From Mobula hypostoma (taxonomy: Eukaryota), in the NCBI RefSeq assembly GCF_963921235.1, contig NC_086097.1, positions 82,028,001-82,092,000 on the forward strand: a DNA stretch of 64,000 nt, in the 5' to 3' direction. The number at the start of each line of letters is the position of its first letter. Positions within the stretch are counted from its first letter, which is position 1. Shown piece after piece: positions 62,990 to 64,000 of this stretch. A program made the translations under genes and the position numbers. The notes below the pieces were generated by a model. It saw only the letters and a list, made by a program, of their open reading frames with translations. It searched no databases and had not been told where the DNA came from.

Positions 62990-63335
62990 AAAATTTCTGA
63001 GGAACTATGTTCTTTTTTTCAAAGACTACTTTGCAATATCTAAACTGGCAAACATCTGTGGAAAAAGAAGCAGTTAATGTTTCAGCTCTGAGACCCTTTG
63101 TCTAAAATGGGGGAAAGAAAGGGGAAAACTAATGTGAGGGAGGGGTTGGTATAATAAATGTTCTGATTTGGGACTACCACCCTAAACCCTCCTCTCCTTC
63201 CACCCCACCAACACCCATTTCAAGTCTGTGACCCTTCATTTATTTCTCTTTCTACAGGGGTTGTTGACTGTTCCCAGTTTATTCCCCCAGTTTTATTTCA
63301 GATTTCCAGTATTTATAGATTTTATTGATTTTCAT
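62990..63335. repeat. Old Penelope-derived inverted element
   Basis: Degenerate copies of the PLE terminus in both orientations (TTAATGTTTCAGCTCTGAGACCCTT at left; TTTCAGATTTCCAGTATTTATAG at right). Confidence 0.5.
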
Positions 63336-64000
63336 TTACTGGACTGAACTAACTTATCAAAGCTGCCAATATGTTCATTGTCTCATGTTCATTTAATTAT
63401 ATGATTTTAACGATTCAATCAGTTTCCTAACCTATCCAACCTTTCCCTATTATTCAGGTCCTCAAGTACCAGCAACATCCTTAAAAAATTTCTCTGTACT
63501 CTTTCTATCTTTCCTGTAGGTAGGTGACCAGTAGTACACGAGATCTTACTTATGATTTTAATTATAATGAAAGGATGTAGCCTACAATCCCAATGCCACA
63601 TGATAACTTCAGATTTCATGTTGGAAGTGCCTGCAGCTACTCAGATTCATTCTCTGTTTTCTTTCCAGCCAGACTAAGCTCAAAACAGTAAGGGGGTGGT
63701 AACGGGAAACAAGAGTCACATGAGGGTGTGAGTTGCAGACTAATGTTCAACTATAAAGACCAGGAAGATATTCAGAGAAATGCTAATTCGGTAAAGAGCT
63801 ATATGGTTGCTGGCAGCGGTATATGGTAGCACACTGGGGAAGTGGCACCATGCAGGTGCATAGTGAGGTGTTGGAATCTGCTAAGAGTCGACATCAGAGG
63901 AGAGACAAACAGTTCTTAAAAAAAAGCCAAAGACCACGTGGCCCTTGAGGTGTGCTCCGCCATTCAGTAAGATGATGGCTGGTGCAAATCAGTTCTGTTA

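Noticed and set aside
63932..63941. GACCACGTGG canonical MYC/MAX E-box
   Set aside because: A single site next to a repeat-tail fragment; expected by chance in 64 kb.
59600..64000. Search for the next upstream FNTB exon (expected EAHGGY-type motif)
   Set aside because: Not found; it presumably lies beyond the window end.

Overview
Repeat-rich vertebrate DNA, most likely a cartilaginous fish such as a ray or shark (inferred from the CR1/HE1-type, Rex/Babar and Penelope repeat content). It holds the 3' parts of two convergent genes. MAX has three coding exons on + (2075-2182, 19120-19243, 22584-22771). FNTB (farnesyltransferase beta) has four coding exons on - (59591-59459, 58601-58490, 57650-57536, 56159-56058). 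This is the same tail-to-tail order known in human. Most of the rest is transposon-derived: CR1 LINEs (one young copy with an open 681-aa RT ORF), Rex/Babar, RTE and Nimb/I-type LINEs, Penelope-like elements, Chapaev3, Tc1/mariner, Tigger, hAT MITEs and a Gypsy LTR fragment. The most interesting signals are: (1) two Penelope-like elements built as inverted pairs with target-site duplications, each arm carrying a minimal hammerhead ribozyme motif; (2) a candidate HDV-like ribozyme fold on the sense strand of a MAX intron; (3) a multi-layer transposon nest in that intron; (4) a candidate delta-Max-like poison exon. All family assignments come from motif recognition by eye; no database search was run.
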